DNA of 64,000 bases from a virus (lineage: Duplodnaviria > Caudoviricetes): positions 128,001 to 192,000 of IMG/VR virus record IMGVR_UViG_3300028549_000507; one strand, given 5' to 3'. The translations under genes were made by a program, and so were the position numbers. Positions 27,617 through 38,226 of this stretch are shown piece after piece. Each line of letters opens with the position of its first letter. Within the stretch, counting starts at the first letter, position 1. A model generated the notes under the pieces. The model was given only the letters and a program-made list of their open reading frames with translations, made no database searches and was not told where the DNA came from.

Positions 27617-30600
27617 TTAATATACCAATTTACCAGAATCAACTATAGGAATTCCTTCACAACTAACAAGAGGTTCATTCTCAGCACCACATAAAGTTAT
27701 AACCTCAGTAGATACTCTAGGAATTGCCTCTTTCTTAATTCTTTCGAACTCATTAACAAATGAACCACCACGTTTAACGGTTAGTAATTTGAAACTAGTA
27801 TTTTCAGAATATCCAACATCACCATAATCAATTCCAAAATATTTTATTTTGTTAAGTCGACCAGCTATAAGTTTTGTGAAGTCTCTATTTATCTCATAAG
27901 ATACAATATCTCCATCATAAGTTCCAACCAAAGCTTTAAGATTATCTTTATCAAAATCTCTAATAAAAGATAATATCTTACCATCGTCAGAATTCACAAC
28001 ACCCATAGCTTCGAATATAAACAAATCCAAATCTTTATCGTCAGAGAATGATATATTAGTCACAATTCCAAAGAACTTGTTAAATATACTAACACTATGC
28101 GTTTTTGAATGTACCAATTCACCATTAACTCCGCCATGAAATCTTAACAATTCAACTCCGGTAGAGTTCTTTAAAACCACATCATATCTTAAAGTATCCT
28201 TATTATATGATACGATAAGTGTTAAAAATTCAGTAGATCCTATCTCATAATTCCAACTAGGATTAATATCATAACTTTCACTAAAGTCTCCATTATTTAT
28301 ATCTGTTATCAAACTTAAATTTCCACTACTAGTTATTAGTGCATCTATTTTAAATCCATAGAACTCAATAAGTGTAGCCCTGAAATTTTTATGAATCATA
28401 GACATAGAAAATTCTAGTTTAAAAAATAATCTAGATGATGTTAGATCCATATCTATAATTCTTTTCAAATACTTACCAGACGTTTCATAATTGATATGAG
28501 TAATAGGTAACTCATTGTACGAATTGTGATGTCGATTATATCCATTCAATACTATAGGATGATCTATAGCCATAGGAACTGTTTCAGTTATATCTCTCTC
28601 AATTATAGAATGAGTTATAGCTAATTTACAATTAAATGGTATCCCACTTGTAGCATCGAAAACCGATATTACATGTAGATTTGTAATAGTGTCACCGATA
28701 TTGAGCGCATCATCAACAATACTACCAATATCTATAATCGCCGTTTTAGAATTTGTAAATTTATCATTATCAATTCCATAAAGAGAATAACTAGATAGAT
28801 CCACTTTGACTTCTTGAACCCCTCCGGAATTCAGTGAAGTTTCAATATAAAGATATAAGCTTCTCAAGAAATGACCAAGATCTTCACCATTATCATGCGG
28901 TTCAATATTCAAAACTAAATATCTGCAAAAGTTTATCTTATCATAATCCAGTTTCAATAAAGGTATACCCATATCAGTACCAATTGAATAAGAACTATTA
29001 TCCATAGATATATTTGAAACGTAATTGAATATACCAACTTCACCATCAACAGGGAATACATTTACGCTGGTTGATTCTATGTTCTCGCCAGGTAGCACTA
29101 ATCCGTTATAAGGAGTAACTCCGATCTTATCTCTAAAAATAAGACCTCTCTCACCCTCAACACAACCCGGAGCACTTTTCATATATCTGTGTAGGTTATT
29201 TATTCCAAATCGTTTAGAATATGCAACCTTAAGAGTGTTATGTATTCCTGAATTATTATGTATGGTTCCATCAAATATATTTAGAAACGAAATTCCACTA
29301 GATTCAATCATACCAACAAGAGGACCATAACTCTCACTATAGAAATAGCAAATATTATCAGAAGGAGTTTTATGATTAATTCCTGACTCAAAGAATAGTA
29401 TATCCTTATCAAGGGAAATCCCGCCAGCATCTACCATGAATTGAACTTTATTATTCAAATAAATAAATTTGGAAACAGTATTAACTACTAAACCATTTAC
29501 TTTATTAAAAATAACTCCAACTATAGAATTATGATTTTCGCAAACAAACCATTTATGAACCAGATGATATTGATCATCTCCGGGGGATGGTGTTCCAATA
29601 TTTAATGCAAAAGGAATCTTAACAATATCTCTATTATTAGTGACATACTTTTGACATATATGAGGAATTCCATCAATTCTAGCATACTCTATCAAACAAT
29701 CTTCTTTACCAAATCCTATAAAATTAGGATTACTAGCATTAAATTGTGAATTTGTAATTCTATCAATATAATTATCAGTTCTATGCTGTATAAAGTCGTC
29801 ATTTCTAGTTACGATGAATGACAATGTTGATCTATGACACTTATCATTTTCAAAAACAACACTACCACCAAAGTCGGTTATAGAATTATCTCCAGATATA
29901 CAACTTTCATTGATTATAACATTACTCTTTGAAACGGATCTTGAAACATTTGTATTATACAGTAATGGACTTATATCCAATTTTGTATTTTTCAAAATAT
30001 TAAGATCAAAATCAAGTGTATAAAAATTATCAAGATCATTATTAATTACAAGTATCAAATTGTTATTATAAGCACTCAATTTTATATTAACAATATTCTT
30101 GTAGTCTGGTATAACTAATGTACGGATAGGGGCAACATCGTTATCACACTGTTTGATTAGTATAGTAAATTCACTTAATAAGCTCGCGGTAAATACTTTA
30201 TTACCAAGTTTACAAAAGTCTCCAACAAAACCTTTTGCATCTTTACTCTGACAGAGTATCGTTTTACGACTAGCATCATTATTTTGAATAGCATACATAT
30301 TTGGAGTTTCAACACTCGAATAATTGGAACTTATTGTAAATTCGAATAGACTTCCGGCATAATAAAATATAGTTATACCATTACTGTTAGTCATTATCGT
30401 TTTTATACCCATAGTTCCTACAAGACTAGGAACGTGACTATTTCTCAACTCATAGTATGCACCAGTCGTCGAAATTAATGTTGGACTAATTGACACATAG
30501 TTGGCGCTAAGATTTAACTTGAGTCTTCTACACATTGTAGTCGGTTTATTCTTTTCCAAAACAATAAATGCTGTAGACGTTTGTTCAACAAACGATTCTA

Positions 30601-32014
30601 CTAATAGATAATTTCCATGAGAATAAACTCTATCGGAAATAAGATCAATATTAATAACCTTCAATGTATCAGTAGATGAATCATATTCAAACAATCCGCG
30701 TTTTCGAGATGTCAATGTCGAATATTCAATATCATGATAACCGCTACATGAGAAGTAAACTTTATTTCCATCAGATGCAACATTTGATGCTACGGTATTT
30801 ATATCATTCTGGAAGTCCTGTACATCGTATCTATCAAATAGATCTTTAAAAATATTATAATTTCCTTTATAGATATTTTTAACAATATACCCTTTATTTT
30901 TTAGAGATATATAGAGGAAACCATCATCTCCATAAATGGCATCATGAATAAATGTTCCGGATATAAATCCGGAAATCCTATCATTGATAGTAGTTAGGAT
31001 CCCACCTTTTTCAATAAGATATATAGTCCCATTATTATTTACAATAACTACATTTTCACCATCATTACTGAAATTTATTTTGCAAGTTTCTTCATCTATG
31101 TATGGGATTACTGTTGGGTTTTTGATATCATAAAGATTATCGCTATCATATATTATACAAATATCATTAGTTGATGGATTTTTAATATTTAAAACTACCT
31201 TAAACCCTCCGCCAGGTTTAAATGATAATCCTATAACATTGTCGACAATCAAGTTATCTCTACATCCACTATAGTATACTAGAAAGTTTGAATCAGAAAT
31301 ATTAACATTCATATTTCTACTCATTATTCCACTTCTAAAACCTTCACGCACAAGATTAAATAGTACACTTTTTTCAAAACCAACACTCATAAGAGAATCC
31401 GACAATTGTATACCATTCATATACATGAAATAAATAGCACTTACAGTTATAATATTTCCATTATCTATATACAATGCAATTAGTTTTAAAGATTTATGTA
31501 GTTCATCTCTAACAAAGTATCTATAAGAATCACTCTTATAACTACTAGATGATGAGTCAGTTTTATATAATCTATATTCATTTACAATATAATTATAACC
31601 GTGTCTATTATAAGTTTGATTGCTAGAATAATCTACCAAGATAGAGTCTCCGAGTAAACAATAAAATTCATAACCATCAAAACAAACACAATTCTTTTTA
31701 ACAAATTGCCCAAGAGATGGGAGTGTTAATGTCGTTTTATCTCCATCATACATTCTAACTATATCCAAATAATTATCATGCTGGTAGAAAATTCTAAGAA
31801 TACCGTCATCAGATTTAACAAATCCAATAACTATTCCGTCAACCATATCAAATGATTTTGATACAGAAACATCTCCATCAGTATAATTTACTAACCCATT
31901 TTCATAAATAATACTACTATATGAATCAGTAATTATAGTATCCAATATTTTAACATCATTACTTATATGAGAATCTAAGAGTTGAGTGTAATCTACAATC
32001 TTCTTAATATCCAT
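27617..32014 (-). CDS. Large beta-rich virion (baseplate/tail) protein, possible beta-propellers and C-terminal LamG-like domain
   Basis: 1465 aa, rich in N/D/S/I/Y short strands; late-type promoter; AAGGAG RBS. Confidence 0.6.
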   Translation of the reverse strand: MDIKKIVDYTQLLDSHISNDVKILDTIITDSYSSIIYENGLVNYTDGDVSVSKSFDMVDGIVIGFVKSDDGILRIFYQHDNYLDIVRMYDGDKTTLTLPSLGQFVKKNCVCFDGYEFYCLLGDSILVDYSSNQTYNRHGYNYIVNEYRLYKTDSSSSSYKSDSYRYFVRDELHKSLKLIALYIDNGNIITVSAIYFMYMNGIQLSDSLMSVGFEKSVLFNLVREGFRSGIMSRNMNVNISDSNFLVYYSGCRDNLIVDNVIGLSFKPGGGFKVVLNIKNPSTNDICIIYDSDNLYDIKNPTVIPYIDEETCKINFSNDGENVVIVNNNGTIYLIEKGGILTTINDRISGFISGTFIHDAIYGDDGFLYISLKNKGYIVKNIYKGNYNIFKDLFDRYDVQDFQNDINTVASNVASDGNKVYFSCSGYHDIEYSTLTSRKRGLFEYDSSTDTLKVINIDLISDRVYSHGNYLLVESFVEQTSTAFIVLEKNKPTTMCRRLKLNLSANYVSISPTLISTTGAYYELRNSHVPSLVGTMGIKTIMTNSNGITIFYYAGSLFEFTISSNYSSVETPNMYAIQNNDASRKTILCQSKDAKGFVGDFCKLGNKVFTASLLSEFTILIKQCDNDVAPIRTLVIPDYKNIVNIKLSAYNNNLILVINNDLDNFYTLDFDLNILKNTKLDISPLLYNTNVSRSVSKSNVIINESCISGDNSITDFGGSVVFENDKCHRSTLSFIVTRNDDFIQHRTDNYIDRITNSQFNASNPNFIGFGKEDCLIEYARIDGIPHICQKYVTNNRDIVKIPFALNIGTPSPGDDQYHLVHKWFVCENHNSIVGVIFNKVNGLVVNTVSKFIYLNNKVQFMVDAGGISLDKDILFFESGINHKTPSDNICYFYSESYGPLVGMIESSGISFLNIFDGTIHNNSGIHNTLKVAYSKRFGINNLHRYMKSAPGCVEGERGLIFRDKIGVTPYNGLVLPGENIESTSVNVFPVDGEVGIFNYVSNISMDNSSYSIGTDMGIPLLKLDYDKINFCRYLVLNIEPHDNGEDLGHFLRSLYLYIETSLNSGGVQEVKVDLSSYSLYGIDNDKFTNSKTAIIDIGSIVDDALNIGDTITNLHVISVFDATSGIPFNCKLAITHSIIERDITETVPMAIDHPIVLNGYNRHHNSYNELPITHINYETSGKYLKRIIDMDLTSSRLFFKLEFSMSMIHKNFRATLIEFYGFKIDALITSSGNLSLITDINNGDFSESYDINPSWNYEIGSTEFLTLIVSYNKDTLRYDVVLKNSTGVELLRFHGGVNGELVHSKTHSVSIFNKFFGIVTNISFSDDKDLDLFIFEAMGVVNSDDGKILSFIRDFDKDNLKALVGTYDGDIVSYEINRDFTKLIAGRLNKIKYFGIDYGDVGYSENTSFKLLTVKRGGSFVNEFERIKKEAIPRVSTEVITLCGAENEPLVSCEGIPIVDSGKLVY

Positions 32015-32041
32015 TATTGAACTCCTTAAGTATTTATAATC

Positions 32042-32053
32042 TATTAATATGTT
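32042..32053 (-). promoter_or_regulatory. Late-type promoter AACA-N6-TR
   Basis: Minus strand AACA TATTAA TA. Confidence 0.65.
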
Positions 32054-32062
32054 TGAGTATAT

Positions 32063-32095
32063 AATAATGGACGGGAGATAATCCCGTCCATTATT
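32063..32095 (-). terminator. Intrinsic terminator
   Basis: AATAATGGACGGGA/TCCCGTCCATTATT inverted repeat. Confidence 0.75.
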
Positions 32096-32098
32096 TAT

Positions 32099-35000
32099 CT
32101 ATCGATCATATATATGAGTATATGCAATACCCTCTTGACCAAATGAACTTAACATATCGTCTATAAATTTAGAAAATTTAACACTGTAGATAATGTCATA
32201 ATCTCCTAATGCAACTCTATCCATCTGAGTTGGCGTAGATGATTTCAACTGTATACATTTTCTTCCAGTAGCTTCATCTATTATAGTCGAATATTCTCCG
32301 CCCAAATCTACTTTCAATAAAATATCATTAAAGAAGTTTCTTATAAATATAGATTTATCAGGCATAGTTCTACCGCTAGAAATAACTCTCTTGGAAGAAT
32401 TATCCACAGTATCACTATCACAGAACATTCTAAATACATTATTAACAGACATACTAGAAGGGTTAACCAATGTAGTATTTATTGTAAAAGTATTATTATT
32501 AGAATCACATACACACAATGTATCATCAATGATATCCAAGAAATAACCGTATGGCCCAACACCACCTAAGGATACTCTTAGAGTATCTTTTATAACATAA
32601 ACGTCAAAGGTATCTGACTTTGATTTTTTCAAAACACCAGTAATATTATGTCTAACATCCGCCCCTCCTGCAGATATGGAGAATGTTCCGTACAATACTC
32701 CACAATATTGTTTGAGTTGAACAATATTAATCCCAGTGATATAACCAAGAAAATCAATTCCGTATACACTGTTTATTGTATTAGAAATCGCAACTCTATT
32801 GATAGAATCATCCCATTTAAATTGAACAACTCTATCCAAGTATGGTATAGCATAACCATCATCAAACCAAGATATACTTTCTTTTGGAAATATAATATCA
32901 TTTAGGTTATAATGAGATTGTACCGGTAGTATCATATCATCATCTTTACCAAGCGTAAAGATTTTAATATCAAAATTATCTTTATAAATTATCGAAGGCC
33001 CACTATCAGCTCTAACCATTACTACTTTAGGATCCTGATTAATATTGAATCTCATATTGGTATATTGACTGATAGACACTATCGGTGTAAGGTTTACACA
33101 CTCGGTATAATAGTTACTCATTGCAACTATAAATTTACCAAATTTACCACAATCAACAAGTTCAAGTCTAACATTATCAGAACTATTATCCACGTTTACA
33201 TATTTAAATCTTAAAAAATTACTATTTTGTATCATTTCAAAATAGCCACTTTTAGATTCTTTTAATAGTATATACTTCTTATTGTGTAAAAATACATATA
33301 AGGTATAATCTCCAACATCCAATTTAGACTTTAGAACCGAAAGAGTAGTTATTGAATTGTCAGATGATTTAAGATGTGTCACCGCCGAATTCGGAGCAGA
33401 TGATACTTCATGAATAATACCTAACGAGTTCGAAACAAACATTCCCGGATTTTCAGCACGTAAATCTCCCTCAGAAAGCATTTCTCCAAATTTAACTAAA
33501 TCAGTTCCATCGAAGTTGTATATTTCAAATTTATTAGACACATGTACAATATATACTTTATTTCTGAATACGTCACACTTTATGTCAGCAATATACTCGG
33601 TATCTAAATCGATACGTTTAAGACTATCAAAATTTTTACCATAGTATACGTGGTCATCTGTCATAACGTTAGAAAAAGAATCTCTAACTTTAAGTCCTAT
33701 ACTTTTTCTAATATCACTACGCCTAACTGTTATGAAATATGATCCATTAAGGTAATCAACCCTTGTAACAATTCCTTTTAAATTAGGAATTTCAAGCTTA
33801 CCCATAAACTTCATATCAGAATTATACATATAAACACCGGCATCGGAATTTATATATACTACTCCATTTATAATACTAACATCAACTTTCTTAGATCTAT
33901 TGAAAGGAAGGTTTTCATCTGCAGATTGTGTTAAAATATATTCATTAAACGAATTTTCCAAAGGAATAGTTGTAACTTTAAATATATTATCACTCTCAGT
34001 TATATCATATATATTCGAATACGAATTCTTACTATATACATTTGTAGTTAGATCATCCATATCATCAAATGATATAACATAATGTCGATCATTAACAATA
34101 AAATATGCTGAAGGGTTTAATTTTATCCCTATAACTCGAGTATTGATAATGTCGGATGTATTATTGATTGTTATAATTTTGAAATTATCATCACTATTCA
34201 TAGCAAATAATTCTACATCATTCTCAACATCATAGAAATATGATGTAAATGAAACTAGATTATCATATATAGGAGATATACAATCTGATCTAAGTTTGTA
34301 ATGTTTTTGAGAATAATTTCCAGTTATAATAGTAGACATACTCTTATTTTCAACATCATTCCCACTTAATACAGTACTCAATACATATCCGACACCATAC
34401 TGATCTAGGCTTGATGTATTTAATGTAACACAAGTTTTATTCACATTCATCTCTAAATAATCTTTTACATTTATAGTGGTTTTATAATTATATCCGAACA
34501 AAATTGTATCAAAAAATAATCTATCAGTAAATGATATATTATATATATGGTTATCAGAAATAATACTATAAACTTTTCCAAACGATAGGGATACGTGAGA
34601 ATCATCATATAACGACAGTATTATATGTTGATCCAGTACATTGTATTCTGGCGAATTTAGTAGTGTAAGATTTTGCACTGCAACCGAATTAGGATTAGTT
34701 ACAAAATCTTTATCAATAACAACCCCAACTCCACCAATATCATCAATGTATATTTGTCTATAATAAAGTCTACCATCCGATTCCACATACATTACAAACA
34801 ATTTATTATCAATATAAAAAAGCTCATACTTAGTTGTAGAATCACCAAATGCAAATAACGATTCATTCAGTAATCCAAAAGTTCTTGTCAAGACATTGAA
34901 CCAAACTACTTTACGATTAACTCTATCTCTATTGTATATCAATATTAAATTTTTGGAAGCATAATATACTACCGAAAGATTTTCGAATGGTTGAGCAACA

Positions 35001-35650
35001 GTATCATATTGGTAAATGATATCAAAATCATTACTATCAACTAATTTTATAGTATTGGAATTTGTCAAATATACAAAGATTGATCTAGTTTCAGTTATAT
35101 CGATATTTTTAACTAAGGTCAATCCTGTGCCACCGATCCAACTAATCATTCCATCAGGAGTTGAAACGTGTCCGGATCTAGTTACATATAGATTTGACAA
35201 TTGTGATACATTTGCATTTTTCGTAGTAGAAGGAATCGTGCTATGGCTAAGTAAAAATTTCAAAGTCTTAAATAGATCTGTAGTTTTGGCTAGTACTAGT
35301 CCCGTCGGATCAATGTATTCTACAAAAAATGATTCTTTTCCAAATCTCTTAAAACTTATAACAAATACTCCTCGTAGTACATCGATTACCCAATTTTTAC
35401 CAAAATCAAATGATATCGATAGCATTTTAGTAGGTTCATCCAAATGTACAAACAACCCATCATCAAATTCACAATACAATTTATCAGATACAGTGGCAGT
35501 TTCCTCTGAAATTTCCGAAAGAATCCCAGATCTATTCTGACGATTATTGGTGTATTGGAATGGGCTCTTCCCAGAATTACAATTGAAATCCTTGAGGATA
35601 TTTGTAGTGTATGGTATATCTTTATATGATCTAATCACCGTAAACCTCAC
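32099..35650 (-). CDS. Large beta-propeller-like virion protein
   Basis: 1183 aa; SFDFGKNW resembles a BNR/Asp-box; overlaps the upstream gene by 20 nt. Confidence 0.6.
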   Translation of the reverse strand: MRFTVIRSYKDIPYTTNILKDFNCNSGKSPFQYTNNRQNRSGILSEISEETATVSDKLYCEFDDGLFVHLDEPTKMLSISFDFGKNWVIDVLRGVFVISFKRFGKESFFVEYIDPTGLVLAKTTDLFKTLKFLLSHSTIPSTTKNANVSQLSNLYVTRSGHVSTPDGMISWIGGTGLTLVKNIDITETRSIFVYLTNSNTIKLVDSNDFDIIYQYDTVAQPFENLSVVYYASKNLILIYNRDRVNRKVVWFNVLTRTFGLLNESLFAFGDSTTKYELFYIDNKLFVMYVESDGRLYYRQIYIDDIGGVGVVIDKDFVTNPNSVAVQNLTLLNSPEYNVLDQHIILSLYDDSHVSLSFGKVYSIISDNHIYNISFTDRLFFDTILFGYNYKTTINVKDYLEMNVNKTCVTLNTSSLDQYGVGYVLSTVLSGNDVENKSMSTIITGNYSQKHYKLRSDCISPIYDNLVSFTSYFYDVENDVELFAMNSDDNFKIITINNTSDIINTRVIGIKLNPSAYFIVNDRHYVISFDDMDDLTTNVYSKNSYSNIYDITESDNIFKVTTIPLENSFNEYILTQSADENLPFNRSKKVDVSIINGVVYINSDAGVYMYNSDMKFMGKLEIPNLKGIVTRVDYLNGSYFITVRRSDIRKSIGLKVRDSFSNVMTDDHVYYGKNFDSLKRIDLDTEYIADIKCDVFRNKVYIVHVSNKFEIYNFDGTDLVKFGEMLSEGDLRAENPGMFVSNSLGIIHEVSSAPNSAVTHLKSSDNSITTLSVLKSKLDVGDYTLYVFLHNKKYILLKESKSGYFEMIQNSNFLRFKYVNVDNSSDNVRLELVDCGKFGKFIVAMSNYYTECVNLTPIVSISQYTNMRFNINQDPKVVMVRADSGPSIIYKDNFDIKIFTLGKDDDMILPVQSHYNLNDIIFPKESISWFDDGYAIPYLDRVVQFKWDDSINRVAISNTINSVYGIDFLGYITGINIVQLKQYCGVLYGTFSISAGGADVRHNITGVLKKSKSDTFDVYVIKDTLRVSLGGVGPYGYFLDIIDDTLCVCDSNNNTFTINTTLVNPSSMSVNNVFRMFCDSDTVDNSSKRVISSGRTMPDKSIFIRNFFNDILLKVDLGGEYSTIIDEATGRKCIQLKSSTPTQMDRVALGDYDIIYSVKFSKFIDDMLSSFGQEGIAYTHIYDR

Positions 35651-37295
35651 TATGACTTAAAATTTTATACTTAATTTCATCTATAGTTGTATCACCTATA
35701 GAACCATTCTCATTGATAAATACCCGACAATCGGAAGAATTTTTCAATCTAAATTTAGAATTAATTCCATCAATAAAATCGATCTCAATGACATCGTCAT
35801 TTTGAGATATAATATTATAAATTGTCTTATTAAATGTATCTATAGTCATTACTGCTGGCCGATCTCTAACTACAACGAGATCTAATACGACACCTCTATC
35901 TGACAATTTTCTATAGCTATCAGTTTCACCATCTAATTCATTTTTCATGATGATTTCAAATTCAACACCATATCCAATATCATCTCCAACAAGATCTAAT
36001 CGTTTCCAAGTATTAAAATTACTAGGCAAAACATGATTGCTACTATCTATAATATTTTTAACAATAGAATCATCAACCAATGCAATTTTCATAGCATTCG
36101 GGAGAGTATTGTATATATTATTACCAATAAGATACACTGTTCCAACAATATTCACTGGGATATTTTTTAAAGATATTGTCAATTTTGAAGATGAATCCAT
36201 ACTGAATGACCCGATGTATACACGATCATCCGTACCTATAAACAATATCTTATCTTCATAAAAGTTGATACTTTTACAATTCATAGGAAGAGTTCTTGTA
36301 TCAATATATACTGATTGGGTGGTATTTTTATCGACAATTATAGTTGTTATAGAATTATACTTAACAGTATGGGTATAGAAAATTCCATCTTTATAACTAA
36401 ATTTGATATATTCATATGATACTCTAGATGCCAGAAGTATCAATTGACCTGATGGTTTTAAGTTATATACTCCGGTAGGATCACTATATACAATATTTTC
36501 TAAATCTTCAGTGATTTGTAAAATTTCTTTGTTTATAAATGATGAGTAATTGATATTGACGAGCTCGGCGTTCATTGTAGTTTTAGTAATCTTAACAATA
36601 TTAGGAATAACGTCCGAACCAGTCAGTGTACGCATAATACTTACATAGATAAAATCATTATCTATATATACAACTCTAGATCCAGCGATTACAAACGATC
36701 CAGAAAGCCCTAATGATGATGGTGTTATATATTTAAATTTTACAATAGAATCTATATTATGAATGATAAGTTGATTATCTTTAACATATATACTAAATGT
36801 TCCATCCTGTCCAATATGGCTATCTAACATTGTTGGAGTTGGAACTTTTGTAGAATAATCTTCTCCGGAAATTATATCATATATAGAATTAATTATAGAA
36901 TCTAATCTATATTTTATAACCGATGGATTAGAAATCACGAGAGCAGTAGAAGTATTCGATCTAATTGTTTCATAACTCGTTTTCAGGAAACTATACATAA
37001 ATTTTATATATGAATCAATTTTAACCAAGTGTGCAGTATATTCCGAATTATAAATATCCAAGGCGGTATTTACGCCATTTAACTTCGTATTAATCTCAGT
37101 AATAATAGAATCATTACTAATCTCATTTATCATTTCATAAACCGAATTACATCTAGAAAGTATTATATCACTAGTATACTTACCACTAATGGGGTCTATA
37201 GTTTCAAGTAAATCTTTCAACTGGTCAAATACTACTCGGGATAGGTATACCATATCCATCAGAGCTCTAACTTTTAGATTTATAGTTGTATCCAT
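35631..37295 (-). CDS. Putative virion protein (helical N-terminus, beta-propeller-like middle)
   Basis: 554 aa; AAGGAG RBS; late-type promoter at 37322. Confidence 0.6.
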   Translation of the reverse strand: MDTTINLKVRALMDMVYLSRVVFDQLKDLLETIDPISGKYTSDIILSRCNSVYEMINEISNDSIITEINTKLNGVNTALDIYNSEYTAHLVKIDSYIKFMYSFLKTSYETIRSNTSTALVISNPSVIKYRLDSIINSIYDIISGEDYSTKVPTPTMLDSHIGQDGTFSIYVKDNQLIIHNIDSIVKFKYITPSSLGLSGSFVIAGSRVVYIDNDFIYVSIMRTLTGSDVIPNIVKITKTTMNAELVNINYSSFINKEILQITEDLENIVYSDPTGVYNLKPSGQLILLASRVSYEYIKFSYKDGIFYTHTVKYNSITTIIVDKNTTQSVYIDTRTLPMNCKSINFYEDKILFIGTDDRVYIGSFSMDSSSKLTISLKNIPVNIVGTVYLIGNNIYNTLPNAMKIALVDDSIVKNIIDSSNHVLPSNFNTWKRLDLVGDDIGYGVEFEIIMKNELDGETDSYRKLSDRGVVLDLVVVRDRPAVMTIDTFNKTIYNIISQNDDVIEIDFIDGINSKFRLKNSSDCRVFINENGSIGDTTIDEIKYKILSHSEVYGD

Positions 37296-37321
37296 TGGAT
37301 CTCCTTTTTATTTTTTAACAT

Positions 37322-37333
37322 CATTAATATGTT
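37322..37333 (-). promoter_or_regulatory. Late-type promoter AACA-N6-TR
   Basis: Minus strand AACA TATTAA TG. Confidence 0.65.
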
Positions 37334-37340
37334 TTGAGAT

Positions 37341-37368
37341 AAAATAAACGGAGGGAATAATTCCCTCC
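37341..37368 (-). terminator. Intrinsic terminator after the DHFR-like gene
   Basis: Minus strand GGAGGGAA-TTA-TTCCCTCC-GTTTATTTT. Confidence 0.75.
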
Positions 37369-37377
37369 ACATATAAC

Positions 37378-38124
37378 TTATCTGTCATGAATTTCCATAG
37401 ATACACTATTTTCAAATAGAACTCTTTTAGCAAGTTTAAATCTATACCTGTTTTTTATATCATAAGTAGAATAAAAAAATGTATCAAATTTAGGACACCA
37501 TTTTTTGAAACTAGGAGAGCTATGAACTATCTTAACATTTGATTTGTTAGATTTAATTTTAAACATTATGATTCTATTGACAAATATATCTAGATCATCA
37601 TTATCTATAAACATTTCATACATCATCTTGCCGCCATAAACGACAATATTGATGTCGGAAGGCTCATTTATAGGGGCTCTAGATGTCAACTTTAATGCTT
37701 CTAAAAGATCACAAGCATCACTTATAAATGTAATACGATGTCCACTCTTTAAAATATGACTATATATTCTATTTTCTACAAATATACCTTCATTAATGTC
37801 CAACTGCATCTTGGTTATTACTTTAGGAATATCCGTTACAAATACTATCATGTTTCTATTTTCAAATGGAGTATATCCATTTGAGTAGAATGTATTATGT
37901 CCGCAAATTATAATAGAATCCTTAGGAGTCTTATTTTTATTCGCATTAAAATTTCTAGACTTAGTTTCAAGTGAAAATGTAGATTCTGGAGACATTATTC
38001 TCCACGGGAATGCTCCTTCAAACCCGATACCCATAGTATCCTCATCAACGGTTACAACCATTGTTGCTTTATATTTAGTAACTGGGTTATATTTCTTTTT
38101 ACCACAAAATATAGAAAACATCAT
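37378..38124 (-). CDS. folA: Dihydrofolate reductase-like protein (divergent)
   Basis: MGIGFEGAFPW, IIICGHNTF...PFENRNMIVF and IVVYGGKMMY match DHFR motifs, with insertions. Confidence 0.75.
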   Translation of the reverse strand: MMFSIFCGKKKYNPVTKYKATMVVTVDEDTMGIGFEGAFPWRIMSPESTFSLETKSRNFNANKNKTPKDSIIICGHNTFYSNGYTPFENRNMIVFVTDIPKVITKMQLDINEGIFVENRIYSHILKSGHRITFISDACDLLEALKLTSRAPINEPSDINIVVYGGKMMYEMFIDNDDLDIFVNRIIMFKIKSNKSNVKIVHSSPSFKKWCPKFDTFFYSTYDIKNRYRFKLAKRVLFENSVSMEIHDR

Positions 38125-38156
38125 TCCTCCATTATAATTTATAAATAAAACTTATA

Positions 38157-38168
38157 CAATATAATGTT
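38157..38168 (-). promoter_or_regulatory. Late-type promoter AACA-N6-TR
   Basis: Minus strand AACA TTATAT TG. Confidence 0.6.
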
Positions 38169-38183
38169 TAACCGTTGATTAAT

Positions 38184-38213
38184 AAAAAAGAAGAGGGATT
38201 ACTCCCTCTTCTT
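38184..38213 (-). terminator. Intrinsic terminator with GNRA loop
   Basis: Minus strand AAGAAGAGGGA-GTAA-TCCCTCTTCTTTTTT. Confidence 0.85.
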
Positions 38214-38226
38214 CTATAATATAATA

